From a virus (Duplodnaviria > Caudoviricetes), in the IMG/VR virus record IMGVR_UViG_3300020593_000115, positions 1-63,951 of that record: a stretch of DNA of 63,951 nucleotides, one strand, 5' to 3'. How positions within the stretch are numbered: the first letter of the stretch is position 1; each line of letters begins with the position of its first letter. The notes below the pieces were generated by a model. It searched no databases, was not told the DNA's origin, and saw nothing but the letters and a program-made list of their open reading frames with translations. The position numbers were made by a program, and so were the translations under genes. Shown here piece by piece: positions 19,196 to 28,584 of the stretch.

Positions 19196-19408
19196 TCACG
19201 GGACTGAATCAAAAACCACCACCACACCACCACGGCTGCCGCGCGATGAAAGTGCGGGCAGGAGAGAGGAGTTTGTTATGACGCTATCGCAAATCGCAGG
19301 CGCACTCATTTTGCTTGCCGTCTTTGGCGGATTTTTTGGCGCTACCGCCCATGCAATTTCGATGACCGGACTCACCGTGTTGGGACTGTTTCTGCTTGGA
19401 GTCGCCGC

Positions 19409-19921
19409 ATGACCAACCACAACTTCCTCCAGGCCGACGTGGCCAACCTCGTCGCCGAAATCGACAGCCTTTTCGCCGCGTATCCTGAACTTGCGGAAGA
19501 CGAAGAACTGCGCGCCGATATGTTGGAAGGCAGCACCGCCGCTTACGATGTGCTCCGGCGTCTCGTGAACATAGAGCGTGACGCCGACAGCATGGCGAAG
19601 GCCATAGCCTCCCGCGTGGCAGAATTGCAGGCGCGCAAGGCCCGCATGGAGAAGCGCAAGGAGGCTATGCGCTTGTTGATGCTGAGGGTGATGAAAGCCG
19701 GCAACATTACAAAAGCGCCGCTTCCGGAAGCTACCGTTAGCGTGAGCAAGGGGCGCGACTCGGTGGAAATTACCGACGAGTCTAAGCTACCGCGGTGGGC
19801 CTATGAGACAGTCCGCAAGCCCCTGAAGAAGGAGATTATGGAGCGGCTGGCCGCAAACAAGAACGTGCCGGGGGCGGCGCTTAAGACGGGTGAGGATACA
19901 TTGTTGGTGAGGGCGGTGTGA
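19409..19921 (+). CDS. Siphovirus Gp157-family protein
   Basis: Coiled coil; EITDESKLP...KKEI...VPGA pattern. Confidence 0.75.
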   Translation: MTNHNFLQADVANLVAEIDSLFAAYPELAEDEELRADMLEGSTAAYDVLRRLVNIERDADSMAKAIASRVAELQARKARMEKRKEAMRLLMLRVMKAGNITKAPLPEATVSVSKGRDSVEITDESKLPRWAYETVRKPLKKEIMERLAANKNVPGAALKTGEDTLLVRAV

Positions 19922-20093
19922 TGGCCTTTGTCGCAATCTATCTATATCTAGCCGGGATGCCGATAGCCGTCCACCTTGCTGATAATGTGGCCCGCAATAT
20001 GAAGCCAAAGGATAGGCTGCGAGTCGCACTGTTGTGGCCTTCGCTTCTTCCGATCTACGCGCTTGGAATCCTGTCTTCAATCTGGGGACGATC

Positions 20094-20573
20094 ATGACCA
20101 AAGAATGTACACAAACTTCGGACAGTGGCTGGGCTTGGTGGTCCGGAAATAACGATGAATTCTTCACGTGCGGTCCATGCGCAACGCGTGAAGAGGCAAT
20201 TGAAGAGGCGCGTCTGGACGCGACCGGCGAATTCCAAGACACGGACGGGACTTGGAAGGTAGGAGTCCAGGTAGTAGAAGCTCGTCAGGATCCGTTACGA
20301 TTGGCCGACTGGATAGGTGCGGATCAAATGCTGGAGACGGCGGAAGACAATATCGCCGACAGTGATCGTGTTAATTACGAGTATGGCGACGAAGGACCGT
20401 TCTTCGGTTGCACGCCAGAGCAAGAGCGCGACCTGGAGGAGCGAATCAAGCGCGCCTGCGATGAGTGGCAGGAGGAGCATGGCCTCGTGTTCAAGTCAAA
20501 CACTTTTAGTGCAAGCCGCAATCGCGAGTATGTTGTGGTGGCGCATCCTAACCATGATCAGGAGGTCGGGTGA
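20094..20573 (+). CDS. Hypothetical protein
   Basis: WWSG..E.F..GPCATREEAIEEA motif. Confidence 0.6.
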   Translation: MTKECTQTSDSGWAWWSGNNDEFFTCGPCATREEAIEEARLDATGEFQDTDGTWKVGVQVVEARQDPLRLADWIGADQMLETAEDNIADSDRVNYEYGDEGPFFGCTPEQERDLEERIKRACDEWQEEHGLVFKSNTFSASRNREYVVVAHPNHDQEVG

Positions 20574-20836
20574 TGGCTAAGCACGTGTACGAATACAGCG
20601 CCGGAAACCACCCGTACTACCACGCGCCAGATTGCCGCTTTGACTTCCCGAAACACCAGTGCATCTACCGTGGCGAATGGCGTCTGGTCGCAAACGATCT
20701 GGCCGACGATTACCATTCTAATCATGACGGATGGGAGTCTAAGTGGCCAATTGAGTTCCGCATCTACAAGAACGACGAGTGCGTCTGGAGGGGCGAGGTC
20801 GATCGCGAGATGGAGCCTGCCTTCTATGTCGTATAA
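20573..20836 (+). CDS. Hypothetical protein
   Basis: DGWESKWPIEF motif; AGGAGG RBS. Confidence 0.6.
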   Translation: MAKHVYEYSAGNHPYYHAPDCRFDFPKHQCIYRGEWRLVANDLADDYHSNHDGWESKWPIEFRIYKNDECVWRGEVDREMEPAFYVV

Positions 20837-21017
20837 CCACGGCGACCAATACATGACGTGCCCCGAGTGCGGCGGGACGGCAGATGCCGAAGCGGTTGAC
20901 GTCGGTGTCGGTCTCTACATCGATGACGAATACGAGTGCCCATGCGGCTGGAATTCTGCCGCTGATGGCATGATGCGCGTTTCACGCTATGAGGACTGGT
21001 TTGTTGAATGGAAATGA
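20826..21017 (+). CDS. Small zinc-ribbon protein
   Basis: CPECG...VDVGVG...CPCGW. Confidence 0.6.
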   Translation: MSYNHGDQYMTCPECGGTADAEAVDVGVGLYIDDEYECPCGWNSAADGMMRVSRYEDWFVEWK

Positions 21018-21621
21018 TTGATTGCGAGTGTCCCGTATGCGGCACCGCGTTCAAGGTTTGGCCGTCGCGGCTAAAGCACGGTCGTGGAATTCATTGCTCA
21101 AAAGAGTGTCAGTCAATCGCCCAGCGCGGAAAGATGGAAAAGCCAAAGGTCAATCTGGTTTGCATCGGCTGTGGTGTTGAGTTTGAGAGAAGCCCAAGTC
21201 AGTTAAGGGCAGTGGGTGCGGGAAAATTCTGCACTCGTGAGTGTCGCGACGAACACTGGAATGGTGAACTTAACCCGAATTGGCAGGACGGAAGTGGCGT
21301 CTATAAGCGCGGCCCGCATTGGTATTCAATCCGGCGGGGCATCCTAAAGCGCGACAATCACGAGTGCCAGGAGTGTGGTGCTAAAGAAGATTTGCACGTG
21401 CATCATAAATCCCGTTTCGCATGTTTGACGATGCAGACGAGGCCAATCACGAAGACAACCTAATCACCCTTTGCCCGCCATGTCACCGCAAGGAGGACGC
21501 GCGGCACAAGTGGGTAAGGGTTTGCGGTTCAATCATCAGGATGAATGCCGGGAGCTATGCGTGGGGGTTGGCGCGCAGAATGATGGCTAACGATAACACG
21601 AAACAGAAGGTGGCGACATGA
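21008..21621 (+). pseudogene. HNH endonuclease with Zn-finger repeats, frameshifted near 21408
   Basis: CQECG..LHVHHK in one frame continues as IPFRMF..NLITLCPPCH in the next. Confidence 0.75.
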
Positions 21622-23102
21622 CCGACCAAATATTTCTTGACGGCAACGTGACACTCAAAGCCGGCGATTGCCTTGATGTTCTAAAGTCTTTGCCAGACTG
21701 CTCGATAGAGTCGTGCGTCACTGATCCACCATACCATCTGACCAGCATTGTAAAGCGGTTTGGGAGCACCGGTGCCGCGCCTGCGCAGTTCGGAACTGAT
21801 GGCGCTTTTGCGCGAGCCTCGCGCGGATTCATGGGGCGCGTTTGGGATGGCGGCGACATAGCATTCCGCGTTGAGTTGTGGGCAGAGGTTTGGCGCGTGC
21901 TTAAGCCGGGTGGCTGGCTGGCCGCGTTCTCGGCAACCCGCACATACCATCGAATGGCAGTAGCCATCGAGGATGCTGGCTTTGAAATCCGCGACGATAT
22001 CCTGAACATGGTTGCGACAGACAGCGCTGCAATGCGTTTCATTGAGTCGTTGTCACCAGCACAGGCCGAAGCATTCTTCAAGTTGATGGAGGAATCACAG
22101 TTCGGGGGCATGGCCGCGTGGACCTACGGTTCCGGCTTTCCGAAATCGCACGATGTGTCGAAAGCTATAGATAAGCATCTTGGGGCGGTGAGAGAAAAGG
22201 TGCGAGTCACCAATGTGCGCAACCCCAAAGCTGCTGGTGGTGGCAAGGATGGCGCGGAAGGCGCAACCCGACCTTGGCTGGATGCTGCCCTTGAGCGCGG
22301 CTACCATGAGAAGGATGGCGACACTGCTGCCACTCCGCAGGCTGCGGAGTGGCAGGGATTCGGCACAGCGCTGAAGCCTGCTTGGGAGCCGATCTGCTTA
22401 GCGCGCAAACCGCTCATTGGCACCGTTGCCGAAAACGTTTTGGAGCACGGCACAGGCGCGCTGAATATTGATGGGTGTCGGGTGGAGGCTCCGGAAGGAA
22501 AGACGCCAGGCGGGCGCGGTGCAAGTTGCGGCGCGGTCGGGTGGCAACCGTCCTCTGGTTTTGACATCAACGACGGCAAGGGCCGCTGGCCCGCCAACAT
22601 CGTGCACGACGGCAGCGACGAGGTGGTGGCGTGTTTTCCTGAGACCACCAGTGGAGGCGGGGATCGCAACGGCGCGCAAAAGGGGGACGTTTTTCATGGC
22701 GTAGGCGACACCGGCGTGCCCCGCATATTTGAGGCTAACTCCGGATCCGCCGCCCGCTTCTTCTACAGCGCCAAGGCCGACAAGAACGACCGGCTTGGCA
22801 GCAAGCACCCAACGGTCAAGCCTGTCGACCTGATGCAGTGGCTGGTGCGGCTCGTCACACCTCCCAAAGGCCTCGTGCTTGATCCATTCGCCGGCAGTGG
22901 CAGCACGGGCGAAGCGGCATGGCGGGAAGGGATGCGGTGCATCCTAATCGAGCGCGAGGAAGAATACCAGGCGGACATTGCGCGCCGCATGGAGCTTGCC
23001 AATGCCGGGCCGACGACGCGCAAAGCGGCAGCGGTGCGGAAGCCTGCGAATGACAACGACTTGCCGTTGTTCGGTTCACCCGCACAGGAAGGTGCCGCAT
23101 GA
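21618..23102 (+). CDS. N6-adenine/N4-cytosine DNA methyltransferase (beta class)
   Basis: DPPY, HPTVKP, LDPFAGSGST. Confidence 0.93.
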   Translation: MTDQIFLDGNVTLKAGDCLDVLKSLPDCSIESCVTDPPYHLTSIVKRFGSTGAAPAQFGTDGAFARASRGFMGRVWDGGDIAFRVELWAEVWRVLKPGGWLAAFSATRTYHRMAVAIEDAGFEIRDDILNMVATDSAAMRFIESLSPAQAEAFFKLMEESQFGGMAAWTYGSGFPKSHDVSKAIDKHLGAVREKVRVTNVRNPKAAGGGKDGAEGATRPWLDAALERGYHEKDGDTAATPQAAEWQGFGTALKPAWEPICLARKPLIGTVAENVLEHGTGALNIDGCRVEAPEGKTPGGRGASCGAVGWQPSSGFDINDGKGRWPANIVHDGSDEVVACFPETTSGGGDRNGAQKGDVFHGVGDTGVPRIFEANSGSAARFFYSAKADKNDRLGSKHPTVKPVDLMQWLVRLVTPPKGLVLDPFAGSGSTGEAAWREGMRCILIEREEEYQADIARRMELANAGPTTRKAAAVRKPANDNDLPLFGSPAQEGAA

Positions 23103-23458
23103 CCGCCATTGCACACGAGCCGACCGTCGCGCCAAACGGCGACCCTACCACCTGTTGGTGCTGTGGCCGGCATGCCGTTTCGCTTGGCGTCGGCAATCCT
23201 GGCAAAGGCGACCCGCGCTATCTGTGCGCCGAATGCATTCCGTTGCTGGAATACATCAAGGACGTTCGCCGATGGGACGCATACGAGCAGAAAGCGCTTG
23301 AGTTTGTCGACGAAGCAACCGGCGAATACGCGGCACAGCACGGCACCGACATTGCTGAGTACGACGAACCCACAAGGCGCGGGCTGTGGCGAACCGCTAT
23401 CCAAGCCCATCAGGACGGTATTCGGCGACTGGTTACGGATGGAGAGGCGCCTTGGTGA
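23099..23458 (+). CDS. Hypothetical Zn-finger protein
   Basis: CWCC...CAEC; coupled between two methyltransferase genes. Confidence 0.6.
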   Translation: MTAIAHEPTVAPNGDPTTCWCCGRHAVSLGVGNPGKGDPRYLCAECIPLLEYIKDVRRWDAYEQKALEFVDEATGEYAAQHGTDIAEYDEPTRRGLWRTAIQAHQDGIRRLVTDGEAPW

Positions 23459-25662
23459 TCGATTCTATGAACGACAACACCCGCCCGCTCCGCTTTCTTT
23501 CAGTGTGCAGCGGCATCGAGGCGGCGTCTGTCGCCTGGAAACCGCTTGGGTGGAAGGCGGTAGGCTTCGCGGAGATCGAGAAATTCCCGTCAGCCGTGCT
23601 GGCGCATCACTACCCCGACGTGCCGAACCTGGGGGACATGACCAAGTATAAGGAGTGGCCTGACTTTCATATTGACCTGCTGTGTGGCGGGACGCCATGC
23701 CAAGCGTTCTCTGTCGCTGGTCTGCGGGAAGGGCTCAACGACCCGCGAGGTAATCTGACACTGACTTTTCTTGGTATCGCAGAAAAGTATCAGCCAGAGT
23801 GGATCGTTTGGGAAAATGTACCTGGAATCTTGAGTGACAAAACAGGGGCGCTTGTCTCGTTCTTGGATGGACTAGAGGCGCTCGGTTATGTCGTTGACAT
23901 TGATATACTTGATGCGCAGTTCTTCGGGCTGGCACAGAGGCGCAGGCGAGTTATTGTATGTGGGCAAAACATAAAACATATTCTCAAGAAGAAGACGATT
24001 TCATCCGCGCTAACTATAGTGCAATTTCTACAGGAGATATCGCTCTCCACCTTGGAAGAACTTACGACTCCGTCGACAAGCGCGCAACCAGGCTCGGGCT
24101 CAAACGCAATAAGTGCCGCCCATTCACGCCAGAGGAAGATGAGGTTATTCGGGCTGCTTCCGGGCGGAGTAGTGTCGACGTCGGCAGGCAGCTTGGCCGA
24201 GCACCTGCAGTGGTTAGAACAAGAGCTAAACGGCTTGGCCTCGGCGGATGGTTCGCGTTTTCAGGGGGCTACAAGCCACTTAGGGGGTATAGAACCGCCT
24301 ACATCGCCGCCAACGATAATGGATCTCCGAGAAGGGTGTCAGAGCACCGAGCCATCATGGCTGAACATATTGGCCGCCCCCTTACAGATGATGAGCGAGT
24401 CCACCACATCAACTGCGTCAAAAGCGATAACAGAATCGAAAATCTATACCTGTGCGCAAATGACGCTGTGCATCGCAAGGCTCATGCATCAGTCAATGGA
24501 CTCATCGCCGGTCTTCTGGAGCGCGGCGCAATCTTCTTTGATCGCACTGAAGGGGTTTATAAATTATGCGAGACAGACAAGTAGCGACCTTTTTGCAGGG
24601 ATGGAATGGGTTCGTTCGTGGAACGATTTCATCGAACAAGCCGTACCAGTTGCAGAGGTTGTCGGAAGTCTTAGTGTCGAAAGCGCCGGAGAGGTTCTTT
24701 CTATCCGCGACTGCATGTCGTGGGATTATCCGGCGCGCCGAGAAGCGCGGAAAGACGTTGCCCCCACAATTAGCGCACGCACTAAAGGCGGTGGCGGACT
24801 CGGAACCGACTTCGACCTAGATGGTGGGTTGGTGCAACAGGCAGTAGACGTTGCACCGACAATGCGCGCCGGCGGTAACGCCACTGGTGGAGACAGGCCA
24901 TACGGTACGGATGTTGATACGGCGGACAGTTTGGTGGCGTATGCACCCGAAATAGCGCGTTGCGACGCAACGCGCGAAGGTTCGTCGCAGGACTATGAAA
25001 CAACGACGATGGTTGCCCATGCCATTCAGGCCGGCGCGCTGAGAGAAAATCCGAACAGCGGCCCGGACGGTGTAGGCGTGCAGGAAGGCATCGCCTATAC
25101 GCTTGAGGCGCGAGCAGAGGTGCAGGCGGTGGCATTCCAGTCAAGCCAAAGCGGCGTTCGTATAGGCGATGTGCACGCCACGCTGGACAGCAATAACGGA
25201 TCGCGTCGCCACAATGGCGTTCTGTGCTTCTCCGCCAAAGACTACGGTGCCGACGCACAGGAGGGCATCTCGCCGACGCTCCGCGCAGGCGGTCATGCCG
25301 ACAGCCACGCAAATGCAGGTGTGATGCCGGCGGTGGCGTTCAATGCGCGACAAGACCCAATACACGGTACTATCGCACAACCGCTGGGCGCAAAGGATAA
25401 CGGCAACGGCGTGCTAGTGCACTCCGCCGTCCGTCGCCTCACGCCGCGCGAATGCGAGCGCCTGCAGGGCTTTCCGGATGACTACACGAATATTCCGTGG
25501 CGCGGCAAGCCAACCGCGCCAGACGGGCCGCGTTACAAGGCGCTTGGCAATAGCTGGGCTGTGCCGAAATTCCGCTGGCTCGGTGAACGCATCAACCGAC
25601 TAATGCCGCAAGAGGCCGCCAACGACAACACCACCAACAAGGATACCAGCCTTGCAGCTTAA
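23455..25662 (+). CDS. C5-cytosine DNA methyltransferase with a large internal insertion
   Basis: SVCSGI, GTPCQAFS, WENVPG, QRRRRV, RRLTPRECERLQGFPD, YKALGNS. Confidence 0.92.
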   Translation: MIDSMNDNTRPLRFLSVCSGIEAASVAWKPLGWKAVGFAEIEKFPSAVLAHHYPDVPNLGDMTKYKEWPDFHIDLLCGGTPCQAFSVAGLREGLNDPRGNLTLTFLGIAEKYQPEWIVWENVPGILSDKTGALVSFLDGLEALGYVVDIDILDAQFFGLAQRRRRVIVCGQNIKHILKKKTISSALTIVQFLQEISLSTLEELTTPSTSAQPGSGSNAISAAHSRQRKMRLFGLLPGGVVSTSAGSLAEHLQWLEQELNGLASADGSRFQGATSHLGGIEPPTSPPTIMDLREGCQSTEPSWLNILAAPLQMMSESTTSTASKAITESKIYTCAQMTLCIARLMHQSMDSSPVFWSAAQSSLIALKGFINYARQTSSDLFAGMEWVRSWNDFIEQAVPVAEVVGSLSVESAGEVLSIRDCMSWDYPARREARKDVAPTISARTKGGGGLGTDFDLDGGLVQQAVDVAPTMRAGGNATGGDRPYGTDVDTADSLVAYAPEIARCDATREGSSQDYETTTMVAHAIQAGALRENPNSGPDGVGVQEGIAYTLEARAEVQAVAFQSSQSGVRIGDVHATLDSNNGSRRHNGVLCFSAKDYGADAQEGISPTLRAGGHADSHANAGVMPAVAFNARQDPIHGTIAQPLGAKDNGNGVLVHSAVRRLTPRECERLQGFPDDYTNIPWRGKPTAPDGPRYKALGNSWAVPKFRWLGERINRLMPQEAANDNTTNKDTSLAA
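23958..24584 (+). CDS. HNH homing endonuclease nested out of frame in the C5 MTase
   Basis: Two Myb-like repeats (YSQEEDDFIR, FTPEEDEVIR) and EHRAIM..VHHINCVKSDNRIENL..H. Confidence 0.85.
   Translation: MWAKHKTYSQEEDDFIRANYSAISTGDIALHLGRTYDSVDKRATRLGLKRNKCRPFTPEEDEVIRAASGRSSVDVGRQLGRAPAVVRTRAKRLGLGGWFAFSGGYKPLRGYRTAYIAANDNGSPRRVSEHRAIMAEHIGRPLTDDERVHHINCVKSDNRIENLYLCANDAVHRKAHASVNGLIAGLLERGAIFFDRTEGVYKLCETDK
24566..24820 (+). CDS. Alternative-frame MTase beta-subunit-like peptide
   Basis: LSEVL..PERFFLSATACRGIIRRAEKRGKTLP; ATG preceded by GAAGGGG. Confidence 0.55.
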   Translation: MRDRQVATFLQGWNGFVRGTISSNKPYQLQRLSEVLVSKAPERFFLSATACRGIIRRAEKRGKTLPPQLAHALKAVADSEPTST

Positions 25663-25834
25663 CCGCCAACGTGTTCCAGAAGATCGAGCATCACGCCAAG
25701 CCAATCCGGTATGGCGCGATCACCGGCCTTCCAGCGGCGCACGGTACGGGCGTCAACGCAAATACGGCGCGCAAGCGCCGTCTGCCATTCCGCGCCGTAC
25801 AAAGCGACGGCGCGGCATTCCAGGTCGGATGGAG

Positions 25835-26023
25835 TCATGTTGTTTTGGACGGCTTCGGAGGGAGCGGCGCAACGCCTTCGATGATGTTCTCTCCTGTTTC
25901 GTCACATATCCAAGATTGGTCGCGTCTGTGCCAAGCGGTCTTCCCGCTAGGGAAGCGTTGAATGTGGGCGATTTCCCACTTCCCCCGGACGTAGATCATG
26001 AGTTCTTTGGGGCGTGCAGTCAT
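25835..26023 (-). CDS. Hypothetical small protein
   Basis: Follows 26027-26248 in a small leftward operon; AGGA RBS. Confidence 0.5.
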   Translation of the reverse strand: MTARPKELMIYVRGKWEIAHIQRFPSGKTAWHRRDQSWICDETGENIIEGVAPLPPKPSKTT

Positions 26024-26026
26024 AAG

Positions 26027-26248
26027 CTAAATCCTTACGATCTCAACAGCCACAACACGAACCTTTTTGCCGGTCATTCGGTCAATCAAGTCGCGCCCGA
26101 TCATTGCGTTCTCGCCCGTGGCCCAGTTTTCGGCTTGCCCGAGGGTTTCAGTGTCATGGGTTTTAACGGTGCCGTCCGCATAGATGGTGCTTATGCGGAA
26201 GTTCTTCGGCGCTGCGAGGCGTTTAGCAATCAGGTCCATGGCGTTCAT
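26027..26248 (-). CDS. Hypothetical small protein
   Basis: ATG after AAGGAG and an operator-bearing promoter. Confidence 0.65.
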   Translation of the reverse strand: MNAMDLIAKRLAAPKNFRISTIYADGTVKTHDTETLGQAENWATGENAMIGRDLIDRMTGKKVRVVAVEIVRI

Positions 26249-26271
26249 GTCGGTATCTCCTTTTGTTGTCC

Positions 26272-26325
26272 AAAATAGGCGAATACGCATAATCATGTCA
26301 AGAGTAAAAAGCGGAAACGCATCAG
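26272..26325 (-). promoter_or_regulatory. Leftward promoter (TTGACA at 26296-26301) with operators
   Basis: ATAGGCGAATACGCATAA and AAAGCGGAAACGCAT. Confidence 0.7.
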
Positions 26326-26345
26326 ATAATGCATCCACCAACCCC

Positions 26346-28544
26346 ATGCTTGACCTCGCGCTGTCCTATGCGGCGCGGGGTTGGCCAGTTTTTCCGACGC
26401 GCGCCAAGGAAGAGTACGACGACATTACCGGCGAGATTTACGCCCCCAAGACGCCGCTCACGCCAAATGGCCTGCGCGGAGCTTCGCTTAATGAGCGCAT
26501 CATCCGCGAATGGTGGAAGCGCTATCCAGACGCGATGGTTGGTGTGCCGACGGGCAGCAAGATTGGCGCATGGGTTCTCGACCTCGATATAAAGCCAGGC
26601 GTAGGCGACGGCCACGAATGGCTTGCCGAAATGGAGGCTGAGCACGGCAAGCTGCACAACACCGCGCGCGCCAGGACGATGGGAGGCGGGACGCATTTCT
26701 TCTTCCGCCACATCGACGGCGTCCGCAATCGAGGTGGCCTTGGCGTAGCTGTCGACGTTCGCGGTGAGGGCGGCTACATCATCGCACCCGGCTCGGTGGC
26801 GGCAGACGGGCGTCGGTATGAATGGCTGAACGACGCTGAGATTGCGGAGGCGCCGAAGTGGCTGCTGGACTTGGTCTTGCCGCCTCCAGCGCCGGCCGCG
26901 TGCCACGATTACCACTACACGCCAGGCGCCAATGAGCCGTACATCGAACGCGCCATTGAAGACGAATTGCGCAAGCTCGCCGCTACCGGGCAAGGCAGTC
27001 GCGGCTATCAGCTAAATGCTTCCGCTTTCAGTCTCGGCACAATGGTTGGCGCCGGTGCACTGGCCCGTAGCGTAGCCGAGGCTGGCCTCTATGACGCTGC
27101 CCGTGCATGCGGGTTGATCGCCAAGGACGGCGAGCGCGAGGTGCTGGCCAAGATTCGCCGCGGCCTCGATGCCGGCGAACGCCAGCCAAGGCAGATACCG
27201 GAGCGCACATACGACAACGACAACACGCGGCTGGTTGACGTGACGCGCATGATTGAGAAGGGGTTGGCGAAGGCTCGATTGGCGGAGGAGCCAGAGAAGG
27301 AAGCGGCACCAGCGGAGGAAGAACAAGAAGAGACGCCAACCGACGAACCGGCCGCCAGCGCACAAGCCGCACCAAAACAGCCCGTCCCCGAACCCTTCCA
27401 CGCTACTCCGTTCCGCTGGATCGAGCCTGCAACCCTTCCTCGGCGCGAGTTCGCCTACGGCACACATTACATTCGCAAATACGTTTCCGTAACGGTAAGC
27501 CCTGGTGGCCTTGGCAAAACCAGCAACAGCATTGCCGAGGCGTTGGCCATGGCGAGCGGCAAGCCGCTTCTTGGCATAAAGCCGCCGCAACGCATGCGCG
27601 TGTGGCTGTTCAACGCCGAGGATCCGCGCGACGAGATGGAGCGGCGGATAATGGCGGCGTGCCTGCACTATCGTTTGTCCCCCCAAGACATAGAGGGCTA
27701 CCTGTTCCTAGATACCGGCCGCGAGCAGGAGCTTGTTATCGCCCGCGATGACAAGAAGTCAGGCGTGCGCATCGTTGAGCCGATCGTCGAAGCGGTCGTG
27801 GGGCAACTGCGCGCCAATGCCGTGGACGCCATGATTGTCGACCCGTTTGTTTCCACGCACCAGGTGAACGAAAATGACAACGGCGCGATCGACAAGGTTG
27901 CCAAGCTTTGGGCGCACATAGCCGACCGCACCAACACGGCAATCGATATCGTGCACCACCTGCGCAAGGTTTCAGACCGGGAAGCCACTGTGGAAGACGC
28001 CCGCGGCGCCGTGGCGCTTATTGGTGCTGCCCGTTCGGTTCGCGTGCTCAATCGCATGTCGGAGGAACAGGCCACGGCTGCAGGCGTGCCTGTAGAGGAA
28101 CGCTTTAGCTACTTCAATATCCATCAAGGAAAGTCCAACCTTACGAAAATGTCCGCGGCCTTGGATTGGCGCAAGCTGGAGAGTGTGGCTCTAGGCAATG
28201 GGCGAGGAATAATGAAGCCACAAGACCACGCAGGCGTTGTCACGGAATGGCGGTGGCCCGGTGCAGAGGAGATCAAAGACGGACTGACAGAAGACCAGCT
28301 TACACACATAAAAACGCTGTTGGACAACGGCGATTACAAGCCTGCCGCTAATGCAAAGAACTGGGCTGGCAATGCTGTGGCCTATGCCTGCGGGATTGAT
28401 GTGGATGACGCCGGCCAACGCAAGCGCGCCGCGACGATTCTAAAGGCACTAATGAAGGAGGGAGTTTTGAAAGAAGTGGCCGGAAAAGACCCGGTAAATA
28501 GAAAGCTAGCAATGTTTGTGCGATCTGACGCGTACAGCGAATAA
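26346..28544 (+). CDS. Bifunctional primase-polymerase fused to an AAA_25 (RepA-like) helicase
   Basis: YAARGWPVFP, VLDLD, GGGTHFFF, DVRGEGGYIIAPGS; GGLGKT, IVDP, IVHH.RK. Confidence 0.92.
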   Translation: MLDLALSYAARGWPVFPTRAKEEYDDITGEIYAPKTPLTPNGLRGASLNERIIREWWKRYPDAMVGVPTGSKIGAWVLDLDIKPGVGDGHEWLAEMEAEHGKLHNTARARTMGGGTHFFFRHIDGVRNRGGLGVAVDVRGEGGYIIAPGSVAADGRRYEWLNDAEIAEAPKWLLDLVLPPPAPAACHDYHYTPGANEPYIERAIEDELRKLAATGQGSRGYQLNASAFSLGTMVGAGALARSVAEAGLYDAARACGLIAKDGEREVLAKIRRGLDAGERQPRQIPERTYDNDNTRLVDVTRMIEKGLAKARLAEEPEKEAAPAEEEQEETPTDEPAASAQAAPKQPVPEPFHATPFRWIEPATLPRREFAYGTHYIRKYVSVTVSPGGLGKTSNSIAEALAMASGKPLLGIKPPQRMRVWLFNAEDPRDEMERRIMAACLHYRLSPQDIEGYLFLDTGREQELVIARDDKKSGVRIVEPIVEAVVGQLRANAVDAMIVDPFVSTHQVNENDNGAIDKVAKLWAHIADRTNTAIDIVHHLRKVSDREATVEDARGAVALIGAARSVRVLNRMSEEQATAAGVPVEERFSYFNIHQGKSNLTKMSAALDWRKLESVALGNGRGIMKPQDHAGVVTEWRWPGAEEIKDGLTEDQLTHIKTLLDNGDYKPAANAKNWAGNAVAYACGIDVDDAGQRKRAATILKALMKEGVLKEVAGKDPVNRKLAMFVRSDAYSE

Positions 28545-28584
28545 CAATCACAAATAACACCACCACAACCACCACGGAGTTACT

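Noticed and set aside
23958-24660. MTase insertion as an intein or group I/II intron
   Set aside because: There is no C/S..HN intein signature in the MTase frame and no intron core recognisable by eye; an intron is not fully excluded without cmscan or RT-PCR.
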